Assembly: GCA_963796055.1 (NCBI GenBank) | Contig: CAWCKH010000004.1 | Coordinates: forward strand, 2,944,001 to 3,008,000 | Direction: 5' to 3' | Length of the DNA: 64,000 bases | Source of the DNA: an uncultured delta proteobacterium | GTDB lineage: Bacteria > Myxococcota > Myxococcia > Myxococcales > Myxococcaceae | Shown: in pieces, positions 30,899-40,477 of the stretch | Layout: every line of letters starts with the position of its first letter | Numbering within the stretch: the stretch's first letter is position 1 | Made by a program: the position numbers and the translations under genes | Notes under the pieces: generated by a model | Seen by the model: only the letters and a program-made list of their open reading frames with translations | The model's database searches: none | Told to the model about the DNA's origin: nothing

Positions 30899-31008
30899 CA
30901 GTCGCCCCTCTCCATCGAAATGAGCGACCGGTACGTCAGAACGATGGGGAAGGCCAGGACGCTCCGCACCTCCAGCTTCAAGTGTGCGCCGTTGCTCATC
31001 GGCGTCGC

Positions 31009-31025
31009 CTGGCCCGGAAGGTGCT
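31009..31025 (+). promoter_or_regulatory. Candidate sigma-54 promoter
   Basis: CTGGCCCGGAAGGTGCT (GG-N10-GC), divergent from the EBP gene. Confidence 0.35.
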
Positions 31026-31112
31026 CTCCAGTGTGGTGCACCACCCTCGGGGCCTCAGGGCGCTGGAGATGGCCGCGCATCCTGCGCGTCCTTCGGTGCG
31101 CGAAAGGCAACC

Positions 31113-31643
31113 GTGCTCTGGACAATTGCAGGCGTCCTCGCTGCCTTGTGGCTCCTGGGGATAGTCACCTCGTACACGATGGGGGGACTAATCTACCTCC
31201 TCCTGGTCATGGCGGCGGTGGTCGTCCTCCTCCGGTTCATGTCCCGGCGCGGCCCTTTCCTGGCCTCCCCTTCCCTCACCCGAGGTACTACCAGCCAGAC
31301 GACATTCCTACTGTCTCTGGCCGCGCTCGTCCTCGGAGCGGGTGCCTCGTCACCAATCAACAGCGAGAAGCTGGCCAGCTCCGAATTGAGCGTGCGCGGG
31401 GCGGAGGAGGTCGGCGCCTCGGGCGTTCCTGCGGCCAAGCTCCACCTGCAGCTGGCCCGTGACGAGAGCACCGAAGCAAAGAAGCTCGCTGCTGGCGGGG
31501 ACCCACGGTCCGAGGCGCTCTTCGCCCGGTCCGAAGCCGACGCCGAGCTGGCGCTCGGGCTCGCCCGGGAGGCCACCATGCACAACGAGGCGCTGAAGGC
31601 CACAGAGGACCTGAACGCCGTCAAGTCAAAGGGAGCTCCGTGA
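31113..31643 (+). CDS. lmo0937/DUF5670-like membrane peptide fused to DUF4398-like domain
   Basis: MLWTIAGVLAALWLLGIVTSYTMGGLIYLLL; then AEEVGA...PAAKLHLQLARDE...RSEADAELAL. Confidence 0.6.
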   Translation: MLWTIAGVLAALWLLGIVTSYTMGGLIYLLLVMAAVVVLLRFMSRRGPFLASPSLTRGTTSQTTFLLSLAALVLGAGASSPINSEKLASSELSVRGAEEVGASGVPAAKLHLQLARDESTEAKKLAAGGDPRSEALFARSEADAELALGLAREATMHNEALKATEDLNAVKSKGAP

Positions 31644-32332
31644 GAGCGATGAAGGACCTGGCCACGGTCGCGACGGTCAAGGAGGGGACCCGCGGAGTGG
31701 TCGTCTCCCTCTCTGGGAGCGGCCTCTTCGCCTCGGGGCAGTACGCACTCCTGAACACCGCCATGGCCAGGCTCGATCAGGTGGCCAGCGCGCTGATTGC
31801 ACAGGACGCCGACAAGCGATCGGTGGTCGAAGGGCACACCGACAGCCGGGGTTCGGATGCCATCAACCAGCCGCTGTCGGTCAACCGGGCGAACGCGGTG
31901 CGCGACTACCTGGTCGCCCGCGGAGTGGACCCGGCGAAGATCAGCGCCATCGGTCTGGGTTCGAGCCGGCCGATCGTGGACAACAACACCTCCGAGAACC
32001 GCTCGAACAACCGGCGGGTGGAGATTGTCATCAGCAACGGGACGGTCACGCAGAAAGCGCTCGCCGCCGGGGTGCCGGTGTGCGTCGTTCCCTTCGGACG
32101 CGACCAGCCGGAGGTCGCGCGGAGAGTGGAGCTCGCGGGCGCCGGCACACGGTTGCCGGCGTCGCGGCTCGGTCCCGAACGATTGCTGGGGGCCATCCGG
32201 AGGGCGATCGGGTGCAAGGCCGGCGTGATGCGTATCGCGGCCGCATTCTCCGCAGCGGGACCATCGGCCGCCGCCGATGCGCTCGAGGAGCTGCTCCCTG
32301 CCGCGCAGCGCGGAAGGAGGCCGGCTGCATGA
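31640..32332 (+). CDS. OmpA-family C-terminal domain fused to a GT1/MGT glycosyltransferase C-terminal fragment (chimera)
   Basis: VEGHTDSRG...NQPLSVNRANAV...NRRVEI; then QKALAAGVPVCVVPFGRDQ. Confidence 0.75.
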   Translation: MRAMKDLATVATVKEGTRGVVVSLSGSGLFASGQYALLNTAMARLDQVASALIAQDADKRSVVEGHTDSRGSDAINQPLSVNRANAVRDYLVARGVDPAKISAIGLGSSRPIVDNNTSENRSNNRRVEIVISNGTVTQKALAAGVPVCVVPFGRDQPEVARRVELAGAGTRLPASRLGPERLLGAIRRAIGCKAGVMRIAAAFSAAGPSAAADALEELLPAAQRGRRPAA

Positions 32333-32348
32333 GAGCATCGATGGTCCG

Positions 32349-32392
32349 AGAGCCTGATGCCTGGCCGTACAGAGCCTGATGCCTGGCCGTAC
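32349..32392. repeat. Perfect 22-bp tandem duplication
   Basis: AGAGCCTGATGCCTGGCCGTAC x2. Confidence 0.95.
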
Positions 32393-32521
32393 AAGGAATG
32401 ATCCAGCGAGGACATCTGGTGGAGGTACGGCGATCCGCCCAGCGTTGGACTGACGAGCGGACTTCTCGCAGCGGTGCTACACCCTCGACGTCCCGCTGCT
32501 CAGAGTGGCTGAGCCGTTCTC

Positions 32522-33610
32522 GTGCTCCACGACTTCATCGAGCTGAACCGCGACGAGCTGGTCGCGCGCACGAGCGAGAAGGCCGCCTCGCGGCCATTCG
32601 AGTCGAGGGAGCTCCGGGAGATCGAATACGGGGTCCCCCTCTTCCTCAGTCAGCTGGCGGAGACGCTCCGGCGCGAGAAGACGGGCTCCCCCTTCCCACC
32701 CAACGAGATCGGGTCAGCCGCAGCGAAGCATGGGCAGGAGCTGCTGGGAATGGGGTTCACCGTGGCGCAGGTTGTCCACGACTACGGGGACATCTGCCAA
32801 GCGATCACCGAGCTGGCGATCGAGCGCAACGCGCTCATCAGTGCCGAGGACTTTCACACCCTGAATCGCTGCCTGGACACGGCCATCGCCGAGGCCGTCA
32901 CCGAACACGCTCGCCTCCAGCAGGAAGCGAGCGGGCGTGAGGAGGTGCTCCGTCTGGGCCGACTCGCTCATGAGCTTCGGAACCAGATCCACGTCGCGCA
33001 CCTCTCGCTCGAAGCCTTGCAGAGTGGCGCAGTCGGCATCGGCGGGAGCACGGGTGCGGTGCTGGCCCGCAGCGTCGTGGCGCTGAGGGACCTCATCGAC
33101 AGCGCGCTGGCGGAGGTTCGGCTCGAGGCCGGCGTTCACCACCGTGATCGGGTGTCCCTGCGAGGGTTCGTGGGCGAGATCGCCGTGGCCGCGCAGCTGC
33201 ACGCCGATTCCCGGAAGGTCGAGCTGGTGGTGGACAGCGTCGATCCGGCGCTGGTCATCAATGTGGATCCGCAGCTCCTCACGTCCGCACTGATGAACCT
33301 GCTGCACAACGCCTTCAAGTACACCCAGCTCGCCGGGCGCGTGGTGCTCAGGACCCGGAGTGAGCCGGGCCACATCCTGATCGAGGTCGAGGACCAGTGC
33401 GGCGGTATGCCGGAGACCGACGACCAGTTTCGCGCCTACGGAGACCGGCGAGCCCGCGATCGCTCAGGGCTGGGGCTCGGGCTCTCGATCAGTCGGAGGG
33501 CGGTGGTCGCGAACGGGGGCGAGATTCGCTCGCTCAGCTTGCCCGGGAAGGGCTGTATCTTCACCATCGACCTGCCCGTCGGGACCGTGCTCGAGTCAGC
33601 CGCCCCCTAG
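32522..33610 (+). CDS. Cytoplasmic sensor histidine kinase
   Basis: LAHELRN, NLLHNAFKY, EDQCGG, GLGLGLSI; helical N-terminal domain. Confidence 0.9.
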   Translation: MLHDFIELNRDELVARTSEKAASRPFESRELREIEYGVPLFLSQLAETLRREKTGSPFPPNEIGSAAAKHGQELLGMGFTVAQVVHDYGDICQAITELAIERNALISAEDFHTLNRCLDTAIAEAVTEHARLQQEASGREEVLRLGRLAHELRNQIHVAHLSLEALQSGAVGIGGSTGAVLARSVVALRDLIDSALAEVRLEAGVHHRDRVSLRGFVGEIAVAAQLHADSRKVELVVDSVDPALVINVDPQLLTSALMNLLHNAFKYTQLAGRVVLRTRSEPGHILIEVEDQCGGMPETDDQFRAYGDRRARDRSGLGLGLSISRRAVVANGGEIRSLSLPGKGCIFTIDLPVGTVLESAAP

Positions 33611-33798
33611 AGTCGGTGGGACGAGCTCGTGCGGCTTGCACAGCCGCCGCCTGATCGCGCCAATCTGGGTCGACGGTGTTCCGCTCGTCCTCGATTCAGG
33701 AATCTCCTTTCCCAATATCTCGTATTCGTTGGTTGCTTGACTCTCCTCGTCAAAGGGTTGCCCTGTGGTCCTGCAATCAACCCCAAGAAAGTGAATCC

Positions 33799-34968
33799 AT
33801 GAATCGAAACAGTCTGCCGCTTGCTCTGTGCCTGTGGGGCGCAGTCGCGCTGGCGAGCCCGCCAACTCCTGAGGAGGTCGCCAGGCGGCTCGTCCGGAGC
33901 ACGGCCATCGCCCAAGGCGATCTGGTGCGGGTCTCGGGAAGTACGAAGGATCTGCCGCTTCTCACGGCGATCGCCGTCGAGGTGGAGAAGGCCGGCGCCA
34001 CGAGCTTCTTCGCGCTCAGCAGCGACGAGTCGGTTCGCCGCATCTGTCACGAGGTTCCCGCCGAGCGCGACGCGGGGAACGCGTCCGCCACCCTGAAGCT
34101 CATCGCCGCGATGACCGCGGACATCTCCGTCTCACCTGGTAGCGATCCCCGGCTGTGCAGCGACGTCGATCCCGCGCGGCTCGCAGCGCGCGGCAAGGCC
34201 TTCCAGGAAGCGAACGCCGCCTACACCAAGGGCGGCATCAAGGCCATCAACCTCGGGAACCGGATGGAGCCTGCCGACTGGCGAGCGAAGCGCTTTGGCA
34301 TCACGCCGGCACAGCTCTCCTCTCTCTACTGGAACGGGATCAACGTCGAACCGGCCAAGCTGAAGGAGGCCGCAGATCCGATCATCCGCGGGCTCGCCGG
34401 GAAACGCCTCACGGTCACCGCTGCCAACGGCACGAGGGTGTCGATGTCCATCGAGGGCCGGCCGGTGGTCTTCAGCGACGGGCAGGTGAATCCGGAGATG
34501 GCAAGGAAGGGGCAGACCCTCATCGCCTGGCTGCCCGCGGGTGACGTCTACCTGGTGGCGGTCCCCGGCACTGCGGAGGGAACGGTGGTGGTGGACCGCT
34601 TCTGGTACCACGAGAAGCCCATCGACGGGCTGACGCTGACGATCAAGGGCGGGAAGGTGGTCGAGATGCAGGCCAAGAGTGGCCCCGTGGAGCAGTTCAA
34701 GCGCGCCTACGAGGGCTCGGGTGGCGCGAAGGATGCAGTCGGGGTGGTGAACATCGGGACCAATCCCAACCTCCGGGCACCGGCCGGGAGCAGGCTCAAC
34801 GCCACGCCAGTCTGGGGGATGGTGAGCATCATGACCGGCGACACCAGCTGGGCCGGCGGTTCCGACGTGAGCTCGTGGAACTTCATCGGCTTCGTCCCCG
34901 CGGCGACGGTGACCATCGACGGGAAGACCGTGGTCGACAAGGGACAGCTCATGGCCCCTGCCGCCTGA
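33799..34968 (+). CDS. Secreted M29 aminopeptidase-like protein (metal ligands apparently lost)
   Basis: Signal peptide; ANGT, LPAGDVY, AEGTVVVD, NIGTNP, C-terminal TVTIDGKTVVDKG. Confidence 0.7.
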   Translation: MNRNSLPLALCLWGAVALASPPTPEEVARRLVRSTAIAQGDLVRVSGSTKDLPLLTAIAVEVEKAGATSFFALSSDESVRRICHEVPAERDAGNASATLKLIAAMTADISVSPGSDPRLCSDVDPARLAARGKAFQEANAAYTKGGIKAINLGNRMEPADWRAKRFGITPAQLSSLYWNGINVEPAKLKEAADPIIRGLAGKRLTVTAANGTRVSMSIEGRPVVFSDGQVNPEMARKGQTLIAWLPAGDVYLVAVPGTAEGTVVVDRFWYHEKPIDGLTLTIKGGKVVEMQAKSGPVEQFKRAYEGSGGAKDAVGVVNIGTNPNLRAPAGSRLNATPVWGMVSIMTGDTSWAGGSDVSSWNFIGFVPAATVTIDGKTVVDKGQLMAPAA

Positions 34969-35111
34969 GCCGACACCCGCTCGTCGCGCCGGCCTCGGGG
35001 CCGCTTCCCACCCCGATGGCCGATGCGGCGACGAGACCTCGTTTCCGGGTGACCCCCGCAGATGCAGGATGCCACTGCGCGTACCGGAGACAGTCGTGAG
35101 AGCGTGCCGGC

Positions 35112-35336
35112 CTAGTGCCGGACCAGGTGGTCCAGCCTGTCCTTGTGGACCCTGATGGTCCGAGGACTGCTCTGGGCGTCGAGAAGAACGCTCTCGCTCT
35201 CCACCGCAGAGACCTGCCAGAGCGACCCCACCGACACCCTCGTCGATTCGGTCGGCGCACCCTCTGGGTGCGCGCTGAAGGCCTGAACGCACTTGAGCCA
35301 GGACCCGGCGTGCAGATCTGACAGGGCGAGCTTCAT
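35112..35336 (-). CDS. Small hypothetical protein
   Basis: 74-aa ORF 9 nt downstream of the RHH-like gene. Confidence 0.4.
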   Translation of the reverse strand: MKLALSDLHAGSWLKCVQAFSAHPEGAPTESTRVSVGSLWQVSAVESESVLLDAQSSPRTIRVHKDRLDHLVRH

Positions 35337-35345
35337 CGGGGCATC

Positions 35346-35552
35346 CTATTCCAGCGAGGCGATCCAGCTGTCCAGGATGTCGCGGAGCACCTCCGAAGCA
35401 TCCTGGCGACCACTGCCGCGTTGGGCAGCCAACTCCATCGCCGCCCGGTGAAGCGCCGCCCAGTGCCGGCGTCTGATGCGAACCGTCGTCGTCACGATGG
35501 CCTCAGTGGGGTCCGCCCCCTGCTCGGCCAATGGCTTCGCTCGTCCGACCAT
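35346..35552 (-). CDS. Ribbon-helix-helix (CopG/ParG-like) DNA-binding protein
   Basis: TTVRIRRRHWAALHRAA...ASEVLRDILDSW; GGAGG RBS. Confidence 0.55.
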   Translation of the reverse strand: MVGRAKPLAEQGADPTEAIVTTTVRIRRRHWAALHRAAMELAAQRGSGRQDASEVLRDILDSWIASLE

Positions 35553-35666
35553 TCCCTAACCTCCCGGAAACACTGTAGCATACCGACAGGCACGTACGAA
35601 TACCACGACCTACGTTGTCAGGTATCCACGAACGTACGTATGCTGACGAGGAATCGAGGGAGTCGT

Positions 35667-36086
35667 ATGCAAAGCATCGAGGCGGTGAGGAGCGACTGGC
35701 GCGGCGAAGGACGGGCAGCCCTCGAGCAGTCGCACTGGGAGCTCCAGAGCTGGGAGCGCGCCTATCCGACCCTGCCTGTGCCGTCGGAGGTGAACGGCGC
35801 AACCGACGCCCAGCGTGCCGATGCGTATCGAGCGGCCACCCGCGCCTGCCTGCGTTTCATCTTCGAAGGCATGGCCCTCGGGAGGCCGGGCGCTCGGAGA
35901 TGGCCCGAACGCGTCTGGGCCGTGATCCAGCAGTACGGTGTCGGGCGGGCCCGAGATCTCGAGGGGTCACCCATCGAGTCGAGCGAATACGAGACGGCCC
36001 TCTACGACATCGTGGACTGGTATCGGGACCTGGCCGCACGAACTCTTTCGAGGAGCGAGCGGCTTGGGCGGGCCAGCGCAACATAG
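35667..36086 (+). CDS. Hypothetical protein (mobile-element type)
   Basis: GGAG RBS; stop lies inside an att-arm repeat. Confidence 0.5.
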   Translation: MQSIEAVRSDWRGEGRAALEQSHWELQSWERAYPTLPVPSEVNGATDAQRADAYRAATRACLRFIFEGMALGRPGARRWPERVWAVIQQYGVGRARDLEGSPIESSEYETALYDIVDWYRDLAARTLSRSERLGRASAT

Positions 36087-36198
36087 GCGCAACGTGGCGC
36101 TGTCCAAGAAGCCTACGTGAGTTCTGATGCTTGACGGCCAAGCCTGCGGAACGCTTGGACTCGAGTTGCACATGGTTGCGAACACTGGCGCAACATGA
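36072..36198. repeat. attP-like junction of integrase arm sequences lacking the core
   Basis: 36072-36093 identical to 56409-56430; 36102-36169 is 54/68 identical to 49529-49596; GCGCAACA doublets. Confidence 0.75.
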
Positions 36199-36975
36199 TG
36201 CGAAGCGTCCTACGACGCGACCTACAAGGTGGAGTCGGTCAACGCGCTCCTGGCGAAGCTGCAGGATGCCCGCGAGACTCTAGAGATGATCGCCCAATGC
36301 GCCACGTCGCGCGAGCAAGAGCAAGAGTGGGCACGGAAGGCAATTGAGATCCTCTCCAGAAGGAGTCGGTGATGAAGGACCATCATCGCGATCCTGCCGG
36401 TGCGGTCCGGCAGTAGCCCCAGTCCTGCGCGGAAACGGAACGCCCTCGACGAGACGCTCGAACGATCGGCCCGGGACGCCATCCCAGGGGAGAGCCAGGA
36501 GCGGCTTCGCGGATATGCCTCGGGGTCGGCGACCTTGGGCCGCGCGACCGTGGGGCTGCTTGAGCTGATCACCTACCAGGGTGCGCTGGGCTGCAAGCGG
36601 GTACTCGAGAATGACGAGAGCCGATGGACTGACCTCGATCTGACGTGCTCGTACGGGTTCTGGGAAGTTCACGCACTGGCGGCCGCCTACGATGTCGACC
36701 CGTCACCGACGAAGCACGCCCGCACGAATCTGGACAATGCAGCGCGAGTCTGGCCCTCCGGGCAAGTTGGTTGCAGAGAGCAGAGTGGGGGCGTACGGAG
36801 AACGGCGTAGTCCGATTGCCCTCACCGGCTTCAGCCGAGCGACCTCTCGCTGCTCCTCCTGATCGTCTCTCCGGCAGGAGCCGTCGCGCCTGTTCATCGG
36901 GGGACGACAGGAAGGCCAGCCGACCGCCCCGGGTGCGCGAGCCGCGGTAAGGAGCTGCCAGTTCGGAGGTCCGCC

Positions 36976-37911
36976 ATGAAGGCAATTCGGATGCACACCC
37001 GCGGGGGGCCGGAGCTCCTGGTCTACGAGGAGGTGCCCAAGCCGGTGCCGTCAGACGGTGACGCGCTGGTGCGGGTCGACGCCTGCGCCATCACCCCCAC
37101 CGAGCTGAGCTGGAGCGAGACCTACACCACCAGGGACGGCGCCGAGCGCCTCCCGACGATCCCGGGCTACGAGGTCTCTGGGGTGGTCGAGGCGCTCGGT
37201 GACGGCGTCGCCGCCCCAGGAGTGGGAGAGGCCGTCTTCGGGCTCACCGACTTCAACCGCGATGGAGCAGCGGCCGAATACGTTCTCGTCCACGCGGACG
37301 ATCTGGCGCCAAAGCCTCCCTCGCTGAGCCATGTCCAGGCCGCATCCGTTCCGCTCTCGGCCTTGACCGCCTGGCAAGCCCTGTTCGACCACGCTGGTCT
37401 CACCCAAGGCCAGAGGGTGCTGATCCACGCCGCGGCCGGCGGAGTCGGAACCTACGCGGTTCAGCTGGCGCGTTGGTGCGGGGCCAGGGTGATTGCGACC
37501 GCTGGTGCCGAGAACGAGGGTCTGGTGCGCGAGCTCGGGGTGGACGAATTCATCGACTACACCGCCGTCCCCTTCGAGCGGCACGTGCGTGAGGTCGATG
37601 TTGTCCTGGACACGGTCGGCGGCGAGACCCGCGAGCGGTCCTGGGGGGTAGTCCGCCGACATGGGGTCCTGGTCACCATCGTGGGTGCGGCGTCTCCACA
37701 GGACGCCGCGCGCCATCACGTCCGGGGCGTGGACTTCATCGTGAAGCCCATCCGTTCGCAGCTGCTGGAGATCGCGAATCTCGTCGAGGCTGGAAAGGTA
37801 CGGCCCATTGTCGGAGGAGTCTACCCGCTCGAGAAGGCTCGGGAGGCGTTCGAGGACGGATTGCGCGGGCACGGCCGCGGAAAGCGGGTCCTGCAAGTGC
37901 GCCCCGGGTAA
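36976..37911 (+). CDS. NADPH:quinone oxidoreductase-like MDR protein
   Basis: IPGYEVSG, LTAWQALF, IHAAAGGVG, GKRVL; GGAGG RBS. Confidence 0.9.
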   Translation: MKAIRMHTRGGPELLVYEEVPKPVPSDGDALVRVDACAITPTELSWSETYTTRDGAERLPTIPGYEVSGVVEALGDGVAAPGVGEAVFGLTDFNRDGAAAEYVLVHADDLAPKPPSLSHVQAASVPLSALTAWQALFDHAGLTQGQRVLIHAAAGGVGTYAVQLARWCGARVIATAGAENEGLVRELGVDEFIDYTAVPFERHVREVDVVLDTVGGETRERSWGVVRRHGVLVTIVGAASPQDAARHHVRGVDFIVKPIRSQLLEIANLVEAGKVRPIVGGVYPLEKAREAFEDGLRGHGRGKRVLQVRPG

Positions 37912-37949
37912 CCGCCGACCTTGCCTCGGGCTTTGCCTTGGCGCGCCTC

Positions 37950-38320
37950 ACTCGAATCAGGTGCCGGAGGCGAGGCAAACGCCGGAGAGCGGGGGAGCGC
38001 TCACCGCGACGGCCGCACGCTCCCACTCGAACAGCTCGATCTCGTCCAGCGCCACCGGCCGCCGCTCGAACACCAGGACCGCGCGCAGGCCATCGGTAAA
38101 GTACGGATCGCCGGTCAGGTTGTGATGGGGTCCCCTGGTACTCCAGCGGCGTGAGCCACATCCGGATGTGGTTGCGCTGGTGGATCGATTGCCGCGCCTT
38201 CTGCCCGGCGAGGTCTTGGAACCGCTCCAGCGCGTAGAGCGGGCTCACCGGCGAGTAGCGGTAGCGGGACCCGAGGATGAACGACTTCAGCGTCTTCCAC
38301 GACGAGCCCAGGTAGATGGT
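37950..38320 (-). pseudogene. LssY-like C-terminal domain fragment
   Basis: YSPVSPLY...QDLAGQKAR...RNHIRMW and TGDPYFTDG in different frames; truncated by IS fragment. Confidence 0.6.
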
Positions 38321-38326
38321 GTCGGT

Positions 38327-38414
38327 GGCCCACGGGCGCCGTAGTTGCAGAGCCGCTCGAGGCCGACGACGTCATTCTCGTGAAGCCAGGTGTCGGGGTG
38401 GAGGGAGAAGCCCT
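38327..38414 (-). mobile_element. IS91/ISCR-like transposase fragment (catalytic Tyr region)
   Basis: GFSLHPDTWLHENDVVGLERLCNYGARGP; near-identical to about 48176-48263. Confidence 0.85.
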
Positions 38415-38625
38415 GCTCGACCCACGCGTGAGACGCGCAGATCCCTCGGGGTTCGGCCCTCGGGTTGCGGGGACGAATGGCTATGGACAGCAAGCGCGTA
38501 GGCATATCCCGAGAAAGCGCTCGGCAGAGCAGCCGGATGGGTGGTCGATTCCTGCCCTGCGCAATGAAGATGCGCCCGGCCGCACGGCCAGCCTTGACGG
38601 CGCGGATGCGTTATGGGCACCACCT

Positions 38626-38656
38626 CGGCTGCCCTTGCGGCTGCCCTTGCGGCTGC
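38626..38656. repeat. 12-bp tandem repeat, about 2.6 copies
   Basis: CGGCTGCCCTTG CGGCTGCCCTTG CGGCTGC. Confidence 0.85.
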
Positions 38657-38695
38657 TCGGTGCGCGCAGGGCGCACTCGCACGGAGGATGATGTC

Positions 38696-39238
38696 ATGCC
38701 CACGTTTCAGGGAATGTCTGAACAGGACAAACTCAGTGATATCGAGATTCTAAACAGAGCTCTCTTTTTCGAGAACCAGGGCGTGTGGGCGTATCGCTTC
38801 GCGGCCGACAAACTTAGTACTTCAGAGGTCGGCCGGGCCGTACTGGCACTTGCCGCTCAAAACCGAGCCGATCACGAGGCTCATCAAGATCTCGTCGGCA
38901 ACGCAATTATTAGTTTGGGCGGCACTCCGGTCAAAATGGAAAGGGAATATGACCTTTCTAGTTTGATCGGCAAGGGACTAGGAAATCTCGATAGCGACAT
39001 CAACATTGCCAAGCTCGCGCTGGCTCTGGAGGTTGGTGCAGCGGCAGGATACGTATCCGACACCATGCAATTGAAGTCCCCCGCGCTGAGAGAGCTGGAA
39101 GCTGGGATTGCGTGTGTTGAAGCCATCCACGCAGCCCGCATCCGCCTTGCATTCAATGACCTGGGGGTCAGGGTACCAGTGGTTCCCAGCGTCGTGGTGA
39201 CCGCGAGCAGTCGGAACGACTGGGTCCTCAAGGTCTGA
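38696..39238 (+). CDS. Ferritin-like di-iron protein
   Basis: DIEILNRALFFE...HEAH...LE...EAIH; GGAGG RBS; lower GC than flanks. Confidence 0.8.
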   Translation: MPTFQGMSEQDKLSDIEILNRALFFENQGVWAYRFAADKLSTSEVGRAVLALAAQNRADHEAHQDLVGNAIISLGGTPVKMEREYDLSSLIGKGLGNLDSDINIAKLALALEVGAAAGYVSDTMQLKSPALRELEAGIACVEAIHAARIRLAFNDLGVRVPVVPSVVVTASSRNDWVLKV

Positions 39239-39334
39239 GGCCACCGCGGCTGCTCTCTGAGCGCATGCCATTCCGGTCTCGCGCTCTCGCCGTTCCGAGG
39301 CCGGTTCTGATGCTCTAGGCGGGACTGGTGTGCC

Positions 39335-39455
39335 CGGACCCGGATGGCGTTGCTCACCCTGACCGACGGGAACTCGCCCTGCGCCACGATCCGGTACACC
39401 GTCGCCCGGCACACCTGGAGCGCATCGGCGACCTCCCGGACGGTGAGGCTGAAGA
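39335..39455 (-). pseudogene. Excisionase-family HTH fragment
   Basis: LTVREVADALQVCRATVYRIVAQGEFPSVRVSNAIRV. Confidence 0.75.
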
Positions 39456-39499
39456 AGCTGACCGCCGTTCCAAGATTCAGGGCGTACCCGGTTCTTGAT

Positions 39500-40190
39500 G
39501 TCGATCTCGGTGAACGATCGCCCGTCACGAGGTTCCCGGTCTCGTAATCGATGACGTCGTACTTGCGGAGGTCCTCAGGGAGCGTCAGGTCCTCGAGCTC
39601 CTCGGCATCGACGACGCGTCGGAAGATCACGGGCATGTTGAGGGGCTTGGCGTCCTGGACCGGGTCCGCCGGGGTCGTGTAGCTCTTGGGCTTGTCGTAC
39701 GTCTCCGCGAACGTCAGCGGCCCGTCTTGGTAGTGCTTCCAGACGCCCTTCTTACCGTCGATCGCAGAACGCGCCGCGGTGAGGATTTGCGGGATCTAGT
39801 CACCGGCGCTCTCGAATAGGAACGGGAACGCGAGGCCCCGGCGCACGAGCTCGAGGGAGAGCATCTTCCCCTTGTCGGCGGACTTGTCGGACTCCCACAC
39901 GTAGCCGGGCACGCGGCCGTGATTGTCTAGGATGTCGCGGTCAAGCTCGACGAGGCCATATCCCGTCTCCTGCAGCGGTGTTCAGGAGATAGTCCGTCGC
40001 CGGCTTCCAAAGGGGCTGCGAACGCTCATGCTGACCGGGTTTCAGGGAGTGCTCGACGCCCTCTGGCTTGAAGCGCGAGCCGACGTAGTGCTCCTCGGGT
40101 GCGTCGATGCCGGACAGCCGGATTGTGAGTCCCGCCTCGTACCACCAGTGACTCAGTACAGCGTGTCACTGCCGGGGTCCATCGGGCAAG
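39500..40190 (-). pseudogene. Thermonuclease (SNase) family pseudogene
   Basis: IRLSGIDAPE, DNHGRVPGYVW, LVRRGLAFP, GKKGVW; frameshift and internal stop. Confidence 0.75.
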
Positions 40191-40477
40191 GACTCAACGC
40201 GCCTGGACCAACAGAGAACCAAGGGGTGCGGGCAGACCCAGGAGCCGACTCGAAAGGGACTCGGGGAAGAACCGGACGAACTCGTCGGCCGTCCTGGGGC
40301 CCGTCGAATGCTGACAGGGCAGGCAGCGGGCCACCAGGTTCCACGGCAGCCTGACCGTGGAAAAAGAAATGTCGTGAAGACGAGATTGGAGCTGGCCAGG
40401 AGAGCATCAGCCACACAAGCTCGGTTAAGCCGGTTATCGCAGCACATCATCCCGAAAACTAAGAAGCGGTGCATAAC

